Assembly: GCF_000150275.1 (NCBI RefSeq) | Contig: NW_002060949.1 | Span: 457,861-521,860, forward strand | Source: Trichoplax adhaerens | Lineage: Eukaryota > Animalia > Placozoa | Direction: 5' to 3' | Length of the DNA: 64,000 nt | Shown: positions 49,201 to 63,300 of the stretch, piece by piece | How positions within the stretch are numbered: the stretch's first letter is position 1 | Layout: the number at the start of each line of letters is the position of its first letter | Notes under the pieces: model-generated | Databases searched by the model: none | What the model saw: the letters and a program-made list of their open reading frames with translations, nothing else | Told to the model about the DNA's origin: nothing | Made by a program: the position numbers and the translations under genes

Positions 49201-52200
49201 TGTTATTTCTAATTTTATTATCACTGTTAAGAGAATTTATTATAACATTAATCGGTACTTCCAACCTACTTATTCGTCTTGATAATGCTGTTTCGGATAT
49301 ATTTTTACTTACATTCCAGGTATATATTCTGACAATAAATTAGATATCTGTTTGTAGGCTGCGTATGCAAGTTGTGATTCTATTAAAATACCAAGTAAGA
49401 AATTCCAGTTATTTCCGAGATGGCAGAATTTACACAAACTCACTTAGAAAGGGTTTAGGATAGTAAAAAATTTACAATAATCAAGAGTGACACACAGAAA
49501 ATTAATCTTTAATGCTAGCAATAACTACCTCCTGAAGTTGCCAACGCTAAAGGAAGATTAACCTTTAATGTGCTAGCAAAGCTAGCAGGATTAGTAGTAA
49601 CTGGAAATGTTACAGACATTGGAAGATTCACTCTCAACTTTGAACTTACAACAACTTGAAAATAAGAACAACAGCCATTAATACAGTTTTTAAGCATATA
49701 TTACACTCATAGCAGAATTTTCTATTAAATACGGATACTTTTCTAGAATTTATTACTCACCAATGTTCTTAGTAATTATGGTAATATTGGCTTCAGCAAC
49801 ATTACGCGTATTGTTAGTCCAGAGAAATGCAATGTTATCAATTACACGCATTAAATTTGTGGCCAGAGCCATTCTTTGTGCCTAGTGAAAGATTAGTAAT
49901 TTACAGGACATTAACAATATGCTCTAAGTTACAATCGATCAATACTTTGAATACATTATATTTTTATCAAAAGTCACTACATCCATTATCAAGTGATTAC
50001 CTTTTTAAGTCCCACCCATCCGTTATAGTGTAGAGGATCGATAAGGCTACTAGAGCTTTCAATTAGGTCCTACCCAATGAACGAAATTTGCAAACACGTA
50101 CGATAACATAGATTAGCGATTAGACTTTTGCTCAATGTTAATACTTCTTTTATAAACGCAATATTCTGAATTTGAATTGTATAACAACTGTTGATTGCAA
50201 CGCTAATAATTACTGATCTTAAGCTGTTCTACAATTAGAAATTTCACCTTCAAAAAATTGTTAATACTAGACTTTTCAGTTTTCCTGATTTCGTCCCTTT
50301 TTTTCGCTAATAATCGATTATATATTTCAATAGCTGTGACGATATCCCCTCCATAGACGGGTTGATTAAAACCTGTACTGAGTCTAAGTGAAGCCGCTAA
50401 AAGTGTGCTATTGGAATCTGGCCTATTAGCCTAAAATTAAAATTAAATTTTATCAAAAATGCCTAGCAGTTATGACAATTTAACAAAGCTTATTTCTACA
50501 TTCTGTTTACGCCTTAGTAAGGAAATACGGTAAATTATGTCTCAGAAATCAACATTGCACTAACTTGATTTTTAAGGCTAGTGAATCGTGCAGATTTGCA
50601 TTGGCTAAGATCAGGCCAGCTTTTTGACCAATAATCAGCTGATAGGCAATACCAGGTAGCCGTACCTTAGATAATTAATGTAGGAATATAACGTAAAAGA
50701 AGATAAATAAAGCTATTCATATTCTCTATTTATTTTTTCAAGATATTTAATTGGCTATTAAAGGCCGAAGGCTATCTTTAACTTAAAAAAAGATGCAATA
50801 TTATATAGAAATATCATTCTTATCTTTTATGAATGGTAATCTTACCTGTACTACCTGCAGGGCAGGGCTTAGAATTGATCTTTCCAATCAATGTTCTATC
50901 CCAACGGATGCCTAATACTAATGTAGAAGGGCACCACTGAGACGATATCGTACCTTCGGTTGGCGCGGAACTTTTAGTAGTTACTTGGGTCGTTATAGCG
51001 TTAGTGCTAGCAGTAGTAATAGTGGTTGCTGTTGTAACAGGTCTCACTGTAATACCTAAGTGTATAAGCAGCGTGCTTAGTCTGAAGAAATCTCTAAAAC
51101 CTCTTAGGATAAAAATTCTAGTTTAGCACTTTACCCTCGTAATAATATCTCTGCAAGAACTGATTCAATAATATAATAAATACTATCTCACTTACTCGAT
51201 ACATTAAGGGTCATGTGATAGCGTTGAGCATTCGATATGTTATTACTTGCAGTACATGTATACGTCGAGCTATCAATTAAGGATGTTTTAGGAATATAAA
51301 GATACGAAACTCGAACATAAAGTTTATGATAAGTTTGCCAGGAATAAATTGATGATGAATTTGTAATATCTCGGTTTTGCTTGCTCCAGGTAATATTAGG
51401 TATTGGTGAACCTGAGGCGAAACACCGAAGAAGGGCGGCTTCACCTTCTTTGATATTTAATTTGCTCGTGCTTTCACTAACTAGGATCTTTGGCGGCACT
51501 GAAGCAAATAAAAACATAATGCCAGTATTACTTATAATGAAGACTTTATTACATCAATGACAGCGTAAAATTACTTAATCAAGCCTTCCTAGTATAAATG
51601 GCGATTTATAGTAGGATATTAATAATAAATTGCTAACTAGCTACAGATATAACAGTGTTTAGATCTCACCTTTTGGACAAGCTCCATTAACAATGTCACA
51701 CGTAGCACCGTTTGGACAATCGCAAGTTAATTTACAGTGATCTCCATAGGTACCTGCTGTGCATGCTAGAATAATTTAGATAATATTATGAAATAAGTTC
51801 TGCGAAGAGCAAAATGATTGTAGCTATGTGATTACTTATTAAATAAAAAAACTAGCGGAATTGTATAGGCACTATTATACTGTCGTGGGATGTAGAATTT
51901 AAAATAGAATGAATAAAGAATTAAGACATACGATCAGTACAGTCATTTCCCTTCCAGCCAGTTACACAAGTACAACCACCAGGGCTTCTTGTGCACACTA
52001 CTTGACTGGTACATGATCCCTTTGGACATCTTTGATCACAATTATGTCCAAAATAACCTGCAGAGCAAGCTAAGATAAGAATGAGTGATTAGTTTCCGCT
52101 AATACGTACAATGGTAATGCACTACTCAAAAGAAAATAAAACGCTCAGGGCGCTAATTGTATGCATCCTATGTTTCGAAAAAATTCACAACAGCATTACA

Positions 52201-55200
52201 ATATACAGCGAGAACTCTAGAACTATAAAAATGCATCAAAATTTGTAAATTTTAGTCAACTACAAGTTTAAAACCTACTTATTTCGCAATTATCTCCAGC
52301 AAAGCCAGGACTGCAAATACATTTACCATTAGCTGCATCACAAATGCCACCATTAAAACACGTGCATGTGCCATTACAACGACCACGACTAGTTGAATAC
52401 GTCCCTGCTGAACAAGGTTGAATTACCAAATTTACCCAGGCATTTCGCTCGGCATTGCTTGATTCACATTTATACATTCCACTGTTAAAGGCATCGGCTG
52501 AACTGAAGACTATATCTTTCCCGTTATTTTGAATATTAATAGAACTGGAAGTCTGAACTTCTTTACCACGTCGAAACCACTTAAATGACCCACTTAAGGC
52601 AGTAACGATTTTTAGTGTCGTTCTTTCCTGAACTGCTCTAGCAACATACGGCCGGACAGGTTGAATATCTGTAGAAAGAATAAAAGACATACCGTAACGG
52701 TAGCAAACCTTATTGCATTACAGAGTATTCCTGCTACAGTGTAGCAGGAAATAAAAGATATCAAACATTATGTGCCATAAAGATATCCCTTTCAACAAAG
52801 CAAAAAAATAATAATTTGCAAAGTTCAATACCTCGATCCTTATTATAGATTGCGTTAGCATATGAGGTAGTAGCATTAGTTGAAGCAGTGCATCGATATG
52901 GCCCAGCTTTAGCACTATCAGATTTCAACCTAATCACTCTTTTAACAATACCATTTTCTTGTATTTGTGGCTGCACACTATACAAGCTGATGCCAGCATA
53001 ATCAGCATCCCATCGCCATTCTAGCGAGACTTTTTCTGGACCCTCAAAGAAACAAGTAAATTCTACTATGTCATTGAAGATGCCACTCGTATTATAGAAT
53101 ATGCCGAAATTGGTTGCATCTGGAATTGATAGCACAAAAGGAATCAATTTTAATCAAAAAAATCTTCGCAATAATATCATCTACTATAATTAATGAAGAT
53201 ACTGAGTAAAATTCTAAAATCTACCGTAAAGAAGTCTGTTAAGAATATCATAAAGATTCCAATTATAGTGCTGTCATATGTCTTTTTTTATAAGTAATGT
53301 GTAAATCGGAAATGTATCATCTACCATTATCAGTTGTAAAGCGTAAATTTGCTGTAAGTATTTCATATTAAGAATTTAAATGGCGCTACTAGCTTTCAGT
53401 CATGGCGAAATTTCAAGATTTGTAGTAAAGATGATAAAATATAGCATAGAAGTACAATCACTATTAACTAAAGTAGATTCAAAACTCATGAAAACAAAGT
53501 AAATAATACTTTGTATTATACATATTAGTTAATTTCACTCAAAGAGGATAAGCCCGGACAAATATATCGCCTCAAATATTCCACAATATGCAATAATAAT
53601 AAAAATTCATGCAGTCAATAATTATAATGAAATGCTTTAGTTGATGATAGATAGAAATAAAAAATGTAAATGGAACCACTTGGCCTCTAAAATCTTAATA
53701 AGAACGTTGATCAAATACAATTACAAGATCCTACAATCACACGCCGTGCTTGTACTGTATATTGCATATACAGTAGTGGTTCAAGGACTACTTTTACTGA
53801 AAAAACGATACTTTTTGAATGTAGAAGAAACCATTTAACTCTTTAAACTGATTTCCGTCAAAGCAAGGAAATATGTAGAACGATTACATGTCATCACCAA
53901 TTTAAAAAATTTGTACATATTGTCTAACATTGCATTTTTGTGTAAGTATACGTATGCAGGTATTTGATTTATTATGTTATTAACCAATATTATCATTCCA
54001 GTTTACGGTGTAAAAGCAGAGGTAGCGATTCTATATTATTTCAGTTCATTATAAGTACTAAAGACTTAAATTAAAAGATTGGCTACCGTTAGTGCTATTT
54101 TATGCTTGTTAAGCCTACTCCGAACCAAAGTTTGTTATTTTGAAATGGATAACTTAAGATATTCATTTATTCGAATCACCTAAATTCGCTCAATATAATC
54201 AGTTCCTACTCTTCAAACTATTATCGCCTATATAATTAATTAATCAACAGTCAAATCCACTAACAAGAACAATTCATGTTTGCTTTACAAATCAACTATC
54301 CAATAGTTCAATTAGCAAATCGTTGCGTATACGCGTTTTGTTAAAACACATTTCTAATTCTGATTAAAAGCTGTTTTAATGTTACTCCAAACTGTGGGCT
54401 TTGATAAATCGATAATGAACTAACCGAAATGAGAAGTGAAGACTATGTCAATGGGGAAAACTGGTGTTATCTGCGATCGTACGCGATTTAATGACTGAAT
54501 AGGCACAGCAATAGGAGGGTCATCTTAAATTAGTATTCTATTCAAAAAGCCTTGTTTAGCTATTTAACGCTATAATGAAAAACATTCACCATAATATATT
54601 TTCTATATTAGCAGTAATTTTACAGTATAACAAGATATATTGTAAAGATATGACATTTTCGATTAGTATGTGTATGAGCTATTACAAAAGTATCCCTCAA
54701 TCTCCTAGCATCACTAATACTCTTAGACTTTTTATTACAACACCATCGATACCATGTCGAGGCGAAGACTGTTCCTTCTACATTACTTGTTAACTAGGTT
54801 GATCTCCTCGAGAACTTTAAAGATCATATTTCATCGCACTAATTTTTCTTTTATTCAGGGACAAATTAAACAAAAATTGTAATTAATTCTAGTCATATTA
54901 ATCAGCGTTAGTTGAGCTTATTAAAATGAGAAGTAGAGTACGAAATAGATCGATAAAAAAAGTCATAATTCTAAAATACGAACTAGTAGTAATTGCACGA
55001 TTACTTCATGCGTTTAAAGTAAATAATATATTATTCATTCGATATGGCGTTTCTTACAATCCAGTATAAAATTATCGACGAAATACCAATACTAACTACA
55101 AGTGATGCATCATACAAAATAGCGCCAAAGCTTTCAATAATAAAACTCTAAGAAATATAAGATTGAAAATTAAAATAAGAGGACGCTGTAGCGTAACTAA

Positions 55201-55802
55201 TTCATCTCATCAATCATCGTGATATAGAAAAATCTGTACGGATACCTATAACATTAGGGTAATTCAATGTAATTGAATTAGCTAGATAGATAAAAAGGGA
55301 TAGTAGCAGCTAAAGATTAGGTGCGAGATTGACTAAAGAAAGGAACTTGACTGACTAACCAACAAATAATTGGGTAAATAAGATGATATTTACTTAATAT
55401 TAAAACATACATTAGGCCGGCATATTTTATCAATCATAAACCTAGTAATAAAGTTTAGGGAAATATTATCACTTAGTGATAGCTGAAAGAAACAAATTGT
55501 GAGATTTAGGTCTATAGTAAAGCTTGATTATAACCAATAAATGAAAGCGATTACATGCTGTCATCCGATATTTGCGATACTAGTAAAAATCGAATAACGA
55601 CAATGTTGGCCACACTCTAAGGCTATTTACATAAGATATCCCTTAAGCCTCGGCCAATAACTGTATTACGATGCGAAAAACGATAATACATACTCACTAT
55701 AACCACGTTATCAAAAATTCAATTTAAAATTGACTTACCAATTTGGATAGCTAAACAAAGTAATAAGGCAATAGAATGAATGAAATATGTCAACTTTCCC
55801 AT
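46201..55802 (-). CDS. Adhesion GPCR: signal peptide - Ig - Ig - 3x EGF - Ig - Thr-rich stalk - HRM - GAIN/GPS - 7TM - PDZ-binding tail
   Basis: Signal-peptide exon MGKLTYFIHSIALLLCLAIQI (55739-55802); Ig exons (~52834-53120, ~52430-52670, ~51195-51500); EGF exons; HRM WCPSTLVLGIRWDRT...KPCPAGSTGTATWYC...PDLSQC; GPS CVYWDF...GLWNNRGCSVV...ITCRCNHL/TSFTVI; all seven TM segments found in phase-compatible exons (CWLR in ECL2); C-terminus ...NNKITNL* (stop 46201-46203). Confidence 0.9.
52728..52750. repeat. Perfect 11-bp inverted repeat in an aGPCR intron
   Basis: ttcctgctaca-g-tgtagcaggaa; nearby taccgt-a-acggta (52690-52702). Confidence 0.7.
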
Positions 55803-58800
55803 TCTTAGAAGCGTTCTAATATACGAGTTGGTCGCTGTCGTTGATTACTTCCACTTGACACTACGCTATCAAATAAGTTTTGGTCGCGTAGTCATCGGCT
55901 TGACGAGACTATCACTAATTAAAAAATTAACTATAAAATAATTGTTTGTATAGTAATTTAATGTTTAAACAGAACCAAATTTGCCCTATACCATACAAGA
56001 TAAGCGAAATCATAAAATGATTAAAATATCTAAACGTTGAGTCACGATAAAATTGAGTCTCGATGTCTAAAAATAATTATTCTCTTTCGTTCTCAAAGCA
56101 GTTTAAAAAAAGCTATGGTGGTACTCTTATAGTATTAGTGCTCATTTAACGACCACATATGGTTTTAGTTGAGTAAAATACAATATATTTGCAGCATCAA
56201 ATAACAACGTTCGTAGACTATGCGAAACGTTATTGTTAATCATTTGATCAACTATTTATTATATTGCTTAATAGGAACGCAATAAATCTATAGTAAGCTA
56301 ACAGTAAGGGTTCGGGTTCTTTTTGTCATTTCTTTTGTTTATCCAGCCTATACGGCGTATTAGAAGTTTTGAAGATGGAGAAAAAAGTTCGCAATGATGA
56401 GTTGACAAGGCGATAGTAAAGAATAGTCATTTGTTTACTGCAGACTAAAATTAAATTGTTATGCAAATAATGAAGATTCAATTATTGTCTACTAGCCTAA
56501 CCAGCTGATCCATAAATGCTCCTCTGTCTTGTGGGCGGTACATCAAATACACCTATTATACTATATCAGACATTGCTATTAGCTTTAGTTTTTAGCATTT
56601 CATGATAAAATCTGCTATAGAAGATAATACTATTATTAATTACTCTTTCTATTCAAAAGACTGTATTTGGCTTTCCTGTACGGCACACCGTACATCCAAT
56701 GTCATAGTTATTCTTTATACCAATAATGATTGATACTAACCTGGTAGAAAGAATCTTGATAACGGTCGACAATAGATCGCTTTTGATTATATTGTTTGAA
56801 ATTATACACGACGACCGGTACCTTATCATACCTCCCATTAATTTTACTTTACAGTTAACTGTCTTCCTTTACACCGCTGCTAAGCGCCGCAGCTAGTTTC
56901 TCAATGTATGGATATAGCTCCAATATGCTACATCATTGATTTTCTTAAATGAATTCTAGCCTAATGTCGTTCAACTACTTATTATTTAAACAGTCTAAAT
57001 AGTCCATACTGCCATGAGTTAAAATAGTCCGGATACATGGAAATCATCCTTAATAAACAAAAAGTATTATAGCTATGAAGTAAATTCTCCTAAAGTCTCT
57101 TACTAGAGTATCTAGTGATCGAAAAAATTATATTTCTATTGCCGTTATATATTTTTTATAAGACTGAATCCGTTGCTACGAATAGCCAGAGCATATACGT
57201 GCACATGCTACATACCTTACGTGTGGTGTGTTATTAAAGAGCTACTATAGTTAGAAGACGTACTATATTCTAATATCAGTAATTACTGTATCCATTACTC
57301 GAAATGAATTAGATATCAAGCATCGCAGGGTTGTATATATGATATAGGCATGACATAAGAATAAGCATATCCTATCCTATTAAATTATTAAAACGCTTAA
57401 CAGCTTTACGTTTTATGGTTATAAGAATAATCGATCTTACTACTGCGCTTCTGGTTTTATTATTTAAAAATGTCAGAAAATATTAGAAAATTACTTATCA
57501 AGTATTTACATTAAGTATCATGTTTTACTTAACTACTGTTTATGAGAATAAATTTACCCAAGTACTGTACCATTTATTAGCGTAGTCTTAGACACTCTAG
57601 CTGTAATATTTAGAACCAAGTATAGTAGTTTATAGATTAAAATCGTAATATATGAGGTATATAACGCTACGGTATTGTTTCTTGGACAATCAAAACAGCA
57701 AACATATACTTTTGATATCTCTAGCTGTGATACTGTATTAAGTATAACTGAATGTCAGTGCATAATATTCTTATTCTTATACGCGTATATACAGTAATTC
57801 GTATGCCGTTCCACGCGATATCGCATACTTTCTTTATATAGTTGAGCGGTAGATTCATAATTGCGTAGATACTAATATCGCTACTATATCTTATACGAGT
57901 ATACTACAGAATATAGTACTATGAATCATGTATAATATGTTAGTGGAACACATTACCTAGCATGAGAATACGGTAACATAGAGATCATTCCTATCATAGC
58001 TATCACATGTTTAGATATAGGCTATACGTGTATGTCTCTTTCTGATATGATATGAATTACTTTGTTATGTTGTACAAAATGCTGCTGTTGCTCGTGCTAC
58101 TATTCTATGCTTATCTCCTACTGCAACTTTGAAAAGTCTATAAGCTGCATAATCGATTATGAACTCAGTTTTATTCCAATCTTACTATATGCCGTCTGTC
58201 TTACATGTGCAGTTATCTCTTTGTTACCTATTTTCTAATAAATTGATTCTCTTCTCAATTTTCTATCTCTCATTTGATTAACTGAACCTGACATCGAAAT
58301 ACATTATATGCAGTACATGAGCATGAATATACTATCTAAGATGCTATCAGAGTGATAAGAATACACTTGATTTTCAAGTTATAATAATTAGAAACTATAA
58401 GGAACTATCGTATTCTCTACTCCTGTTACGGTAATTAATTATCGCAGAAAACATCACAAGCATGCAAGTAGTTACGTTTGATGCATTATTACTGACACTC
58501 GATAAATGGCTATTGCACAAGCTCTGTACCAGTGTTTTTACGTGTACTGCATGTACCATATAATGTATGGGTATACAGTAAATCCTGCAGCTGATATTAT
58601 CAGTATTGAGTCGTGCTACAGGCAAATATCGTGGAGGATAAGCCTGACAGTACTATTCCAGGATACTGTAGTAAGTTCCTCGTGACAAATCTCGATTTGA
58701 GATATCATGATAAATAAATCGTTTATATTAATTTGCCTTCTGAGCGATTGGTCGATAAAAATTGTTTACATACCTTTACAATTAATGCAGCTCTAATCAG

Positions 58801-60349
58801 AGTCCATCCTCTGAAACTATACATAACTACGGATCATGAGAAAGAATACGTACTGCATATTATCATGCTTTTAATATTTCTAGTGCTTCGTGATAAAACC
58901 TATTTATGAAATTATGTACACTATAGATGGTACTGTACGCATATTGTTAAATGTACTGTGGTAGTTTGCTAAAGAGCAGGGTATTTAAAAATGTGCTCAG
59001 CCTGAGGAACGATAATGTCTTATTACTGTACATTGTGAATTGTTACTATTTGTTAGTTTTTTTCAAATCGTATAATCTGTGCATTTACTGCTATAGGTGG
59101 TTTAATATACGACGACGACGTGTATAGTATATAGGTTATTTGCTTTTCTAACCAAAAAGATAGATTTAAAATAAGACATTTAATTAAGCGGAGGGAAAAA
59201 TGTTAATAGCAAACATATTTCTTGTAGCAGGAATGATGAACGATACGCAAACAGTAAGGAGTTTGCCGAAAACTTATCTGAGTTACCATCACCGTATGAC
59301 TCATACAGTATCGATCGATATCATTTGATTGCAACGAGTATTTCGATAAATTGAATTTAAGCGTATACTATAGATTTAAAAATTTTAAGATTCTTCATAC
59401 TTAACTTCAAGGTATTAGCACAAATGACAATTGGTTGTCTTATTCAGATTCAAACCAAAAAGTTTATGCGGCTGCAAGGATTAATCTTATTGCTAACGTC
59501 TCTTCTTGCAAGGCTATTAAAATGATATTTTACAACGCTTAATCATCGCTAAGTACTGCATAAATACTGTCACTCTATAGTACAACCATCAAAGAATATT
59601 CTGTCACAATTATTTCTTTGCAACTTTAATTTCAATCTAGGCTTCACTCTTAGAATTATAAAAGTGCCATAGCTTCGCAGACTCTAGCATCGTGAGCACA
59701 GAATCGCGTATGAAGTAGGTAATAAACCATCAATAGCTGATATTCATTGAGTATCAGTCTCCAAAAGATTCATCTTCTTTTTGTAGTAAAATTCATACAC
59801 AAAAACTGCCACTATATCTAAAGTCAGATATACCCTAAATATAATTATTTAAGTTATAGTAAAATATAGCTCATATATCAGCATGTTCTGTAGGTCCATA
59901 ACCATCAGTTCGTTATCAGTAACTGCAAAATTTCGGATATTCTAAATAGATTAATGCCTTTTCAGTAAATGTAATTCGATATTTCCAAAAGCGAATGTAT
60001 CAGCCTTATACGGACTTAAATATTGGCAAGCACATAGAATATACTTGATTTCGTGCAGCGTGATGGGCTGAACTAAATCTAATATTGTACGAATTACTTC
60101 AAGTGTTCGCAGACACTCATACAAAAGATATTCCTGTAACTTTAAAATTTTCATATGGTATATGCCCTAAGCGGCACGTAAACCGACATTAATGACACTA
60201 GTTTTTCCTTTATATAACTGTAGAATAATATGAATCTATGCTATTAATTTAATTAACAATATCAAATTTGCACTATATAACAAGTATTTTAACTGGATTT
60301 GTTACACTAGAACTCAACAGCAGTAATATAAAAAGTACGTGCGAAAATT

Positions 60350-63300
60350 TCAAAAAAGTGGCTTAGCGCCAGACTGTTCAAATTCAGTCCAAGCTTCATT
60401 TAATTCTACAAATATTGCCCTAGCCAATTTCTCATGTGGCTCTCCAACAACCTAAAGTCAAAGTTGCATCAATAAAACAAAATTTTCAATCGTTGAACAA
60501 ACGATGTCATTCCAAAACTTCCTTTACAGTTTTACCTTGTCCGGATGAATGCACAAGCACGCTTTTCGGTAGTATTTTTTAACCTAATCACATATTAAAG
60601 CATTTAAAGATTAGTTAAATGCTCAGTAAAGTCTTATCCAATCTTTTCTTTTATACTAACATTGTTCGATTCTATCACTTGGTGCATTCCTATTTCCTTC
60701 CATTTACAACCTTCCCAAACAGCAGTGTGTAAAGAGCAAAGTAGGGCCCGAATGTTACCCTTCTGTCCTCCCACCCAATCTTGAATCTAAAAATTACACT
60801 ATTACATTACTACCAAGTAAAATCCAATCAAAATGATCAATCAAAAACAACGAACTTTTAATTTAATAGGGTCAGTTGTCTTTTCGACTTCTTCTCGTCT
60901 CATTTCATTGATAGTTACGTGACCTTTGTCATGAGCCTTCGGTATAAATCCTTGAGCACCAAGTAAATCGCTGAACTCATTCTTAGCAACGTTTGGCTTG
61001 ACACCTAGAATTTCAGTTGATTTAAATTATATATTTATTGCTGAAATTAAAAGTTACTAAAATCATCATTATCCTTTACCGATAGAACCACGTAAGCCTC
61101 GTTCTTCCCTTGATCCAATAACATATGATGCTCTTTGTCCGGTAGGCAAATTTCCAATCGGTGATTTCTGTGTCGGTTTTTGAGCTGCCATTGGTTGCTT
61201 GTTGCCAATGTTGTTTGTTTGGTTCAGATTAAGATCAAATTTACCCTGTGCAAGTGACTCTAAATTACTTCGAAAACCTTGTTTCTTATTATCAGACTCC
61301 CTTTTCTGTGGCTTTATGATTGGTTGATTTGAAGTGCTACTTGGTTGCAATAGTTCTGGAGTACGGCGTTGATTTGTATCGCCCGTAGCTCCAAAAGGAT
61401 CAAAAATTATGCTTTCAGGACTATGAGTGCGTTGAGCTGATGGACTCGGGGCTCTTTGAGTTGCGAAGTCGAAGACATCTGGAGAATCCTTTGCCCTTGG
61501 AGATATGGATATCAAATCGTCCTTGCCAGAAACACTTTTATTATTATTTTGAGAAAACGGATCAAAAGCGTCTAGTTGAACAGCGCCAGTAGGGTTTGTT
61601 TCAGGTTTCTTTAAAGCATTATTACTAGCTTTAACAGTTGGTGCAAAAGGATCAAAAGAATCGGAGGAAACTGCTTTCGTAGGTAATTTGTTATCGAAAA
61701 AACTTGAAAAAGGGTCAGTAGGCGAGATCGGAGATTGATTTACTAACTCAGATATCCGATCAGCGCTCTTACTTCGATGCATCCCTTGAGACTTTTGACT
61801 TATCTCAAGATTGATCAAATTAACTTCAGAACTTGGAGATACGAGCTTTACTGGCGGGCTCTTCTGTAAGAATTTATCGTTAGAAACACTCTGATGTGAA
61901 GGAGCTGCTGTTACATTCGAAGAGCTAAAATCTAATAATGTATCCTCTGTCTTCGTAGTTTCCTGCTCGACATTTACGACGACTTTCGCTCGGTTTAAAA
62001 ATCTCTCCTCTGCTTCATCCGCGCGATTTACAGCGTCAGATGTTAAATCAAGGATATTTCCAGGATTGGAAGACGATTTACTCAATCCGCTAGTATCTCT
62101 AATAGCTGAAATTGAATCAGCACTTTGCTTTCGCTGTAATGCTTCTGTTCGAGCATTGTCCAATTTTTCTAACTTTTCATATGAAATAGTATCCATTTGG
62201 CCTTAATAAAAATATTAATATTAGCTGACATCAGTTAAGATCTGTTTATGCAGATATTCAATGATATCCTTACCATACTGTAAACGAATCGTTTCTAGCT
62301 CCTTCTTGGATGAGAGACATGGAAATAATATCACACGCTCCTGAAGATGAGTAGCATCTGGAGGCAGTATCGGATCGGGCTCATCATCACTATCATCATC
62401 CATATCTGTTGGACCCTGATGAGTTTTTAATACGCTCACAGCCAACTCTACATGAAATCCAGAAGGGTACTTATCGGGGTTGTCCTCATCTATATGATCC
62501 AGCTTTGATCTAAAACGAACAAATTATTTATGACTTTGTCAATATAACTTAAAAGGAAAATTTAATAAATAGATTAAAAACCTACATCGAAAACTTATAT
62601 CCTTTTGCCTCTGTTTCAACAAAGCTCGTATGAATTTGCAGTTGAAAAATTGGAAAAGATTGAATCTGAAAGACATAATTCTTATTTCTAAATTCTTCCT
62701 TATTATGCCAGTTGAGACTATTCTTAGATTACCTCTCTGTGTATTTTTGATGACAGCGTCGAGCGAGCGTGATAGACTGCTATCATTACGTCACCCCTAA
62801 CAAGAGTTCCTAATGGGAACATAATTTTGCCATCGCTACTATTGTAAACTCTAAAAATGTTGAAAGAACGTAGTATTATGTTTCCAACTACAGTTATTAA
62901 CCTTTATGAGTAATAACTACGATTGTAGCAAAATCATCGGACTATAAAGTAAAATCAATACCTCATCTCTTCTAAGGCATCCTGAAAAGTACACACCCGC
63001 CTCGTGTTGTTCTCAAAAACCTCAATATATGGCCGACACCCGATCCTAAATTAAAACAACGATTAGTACGGAAATGCAATCTTAATGGATAATTTTCATG
63101 GAGTACATACCGGGCTTTGTTGAACAATGGAACCGGAGTAATAGAAATGCTGTCTAATCGTACAGTATGCTCATGAAGACTGCTTTTTCCCTTGTTAACA
63201 ATTGTTGAAAAATACCTAAGGAACCTATGAAATAGTATGCGAAATAGAATTATTAGAAAAAATTTTGAAGACTCATCAATATAAATTAATGTCTAAAGAA

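Noticed and set aside
52728-52750. Iron-responsive-element-like CAGTG loop
   Set aside because: Intronic, antisense to the host gene, and lacking the bulged C and 6-nt loop geometry.
56653-60154. Short ORFs in the gap between the aGPCR and GAK
   Set aside because: No recognisable domains, no consistent splice chain and AT-rich non-coding composition.
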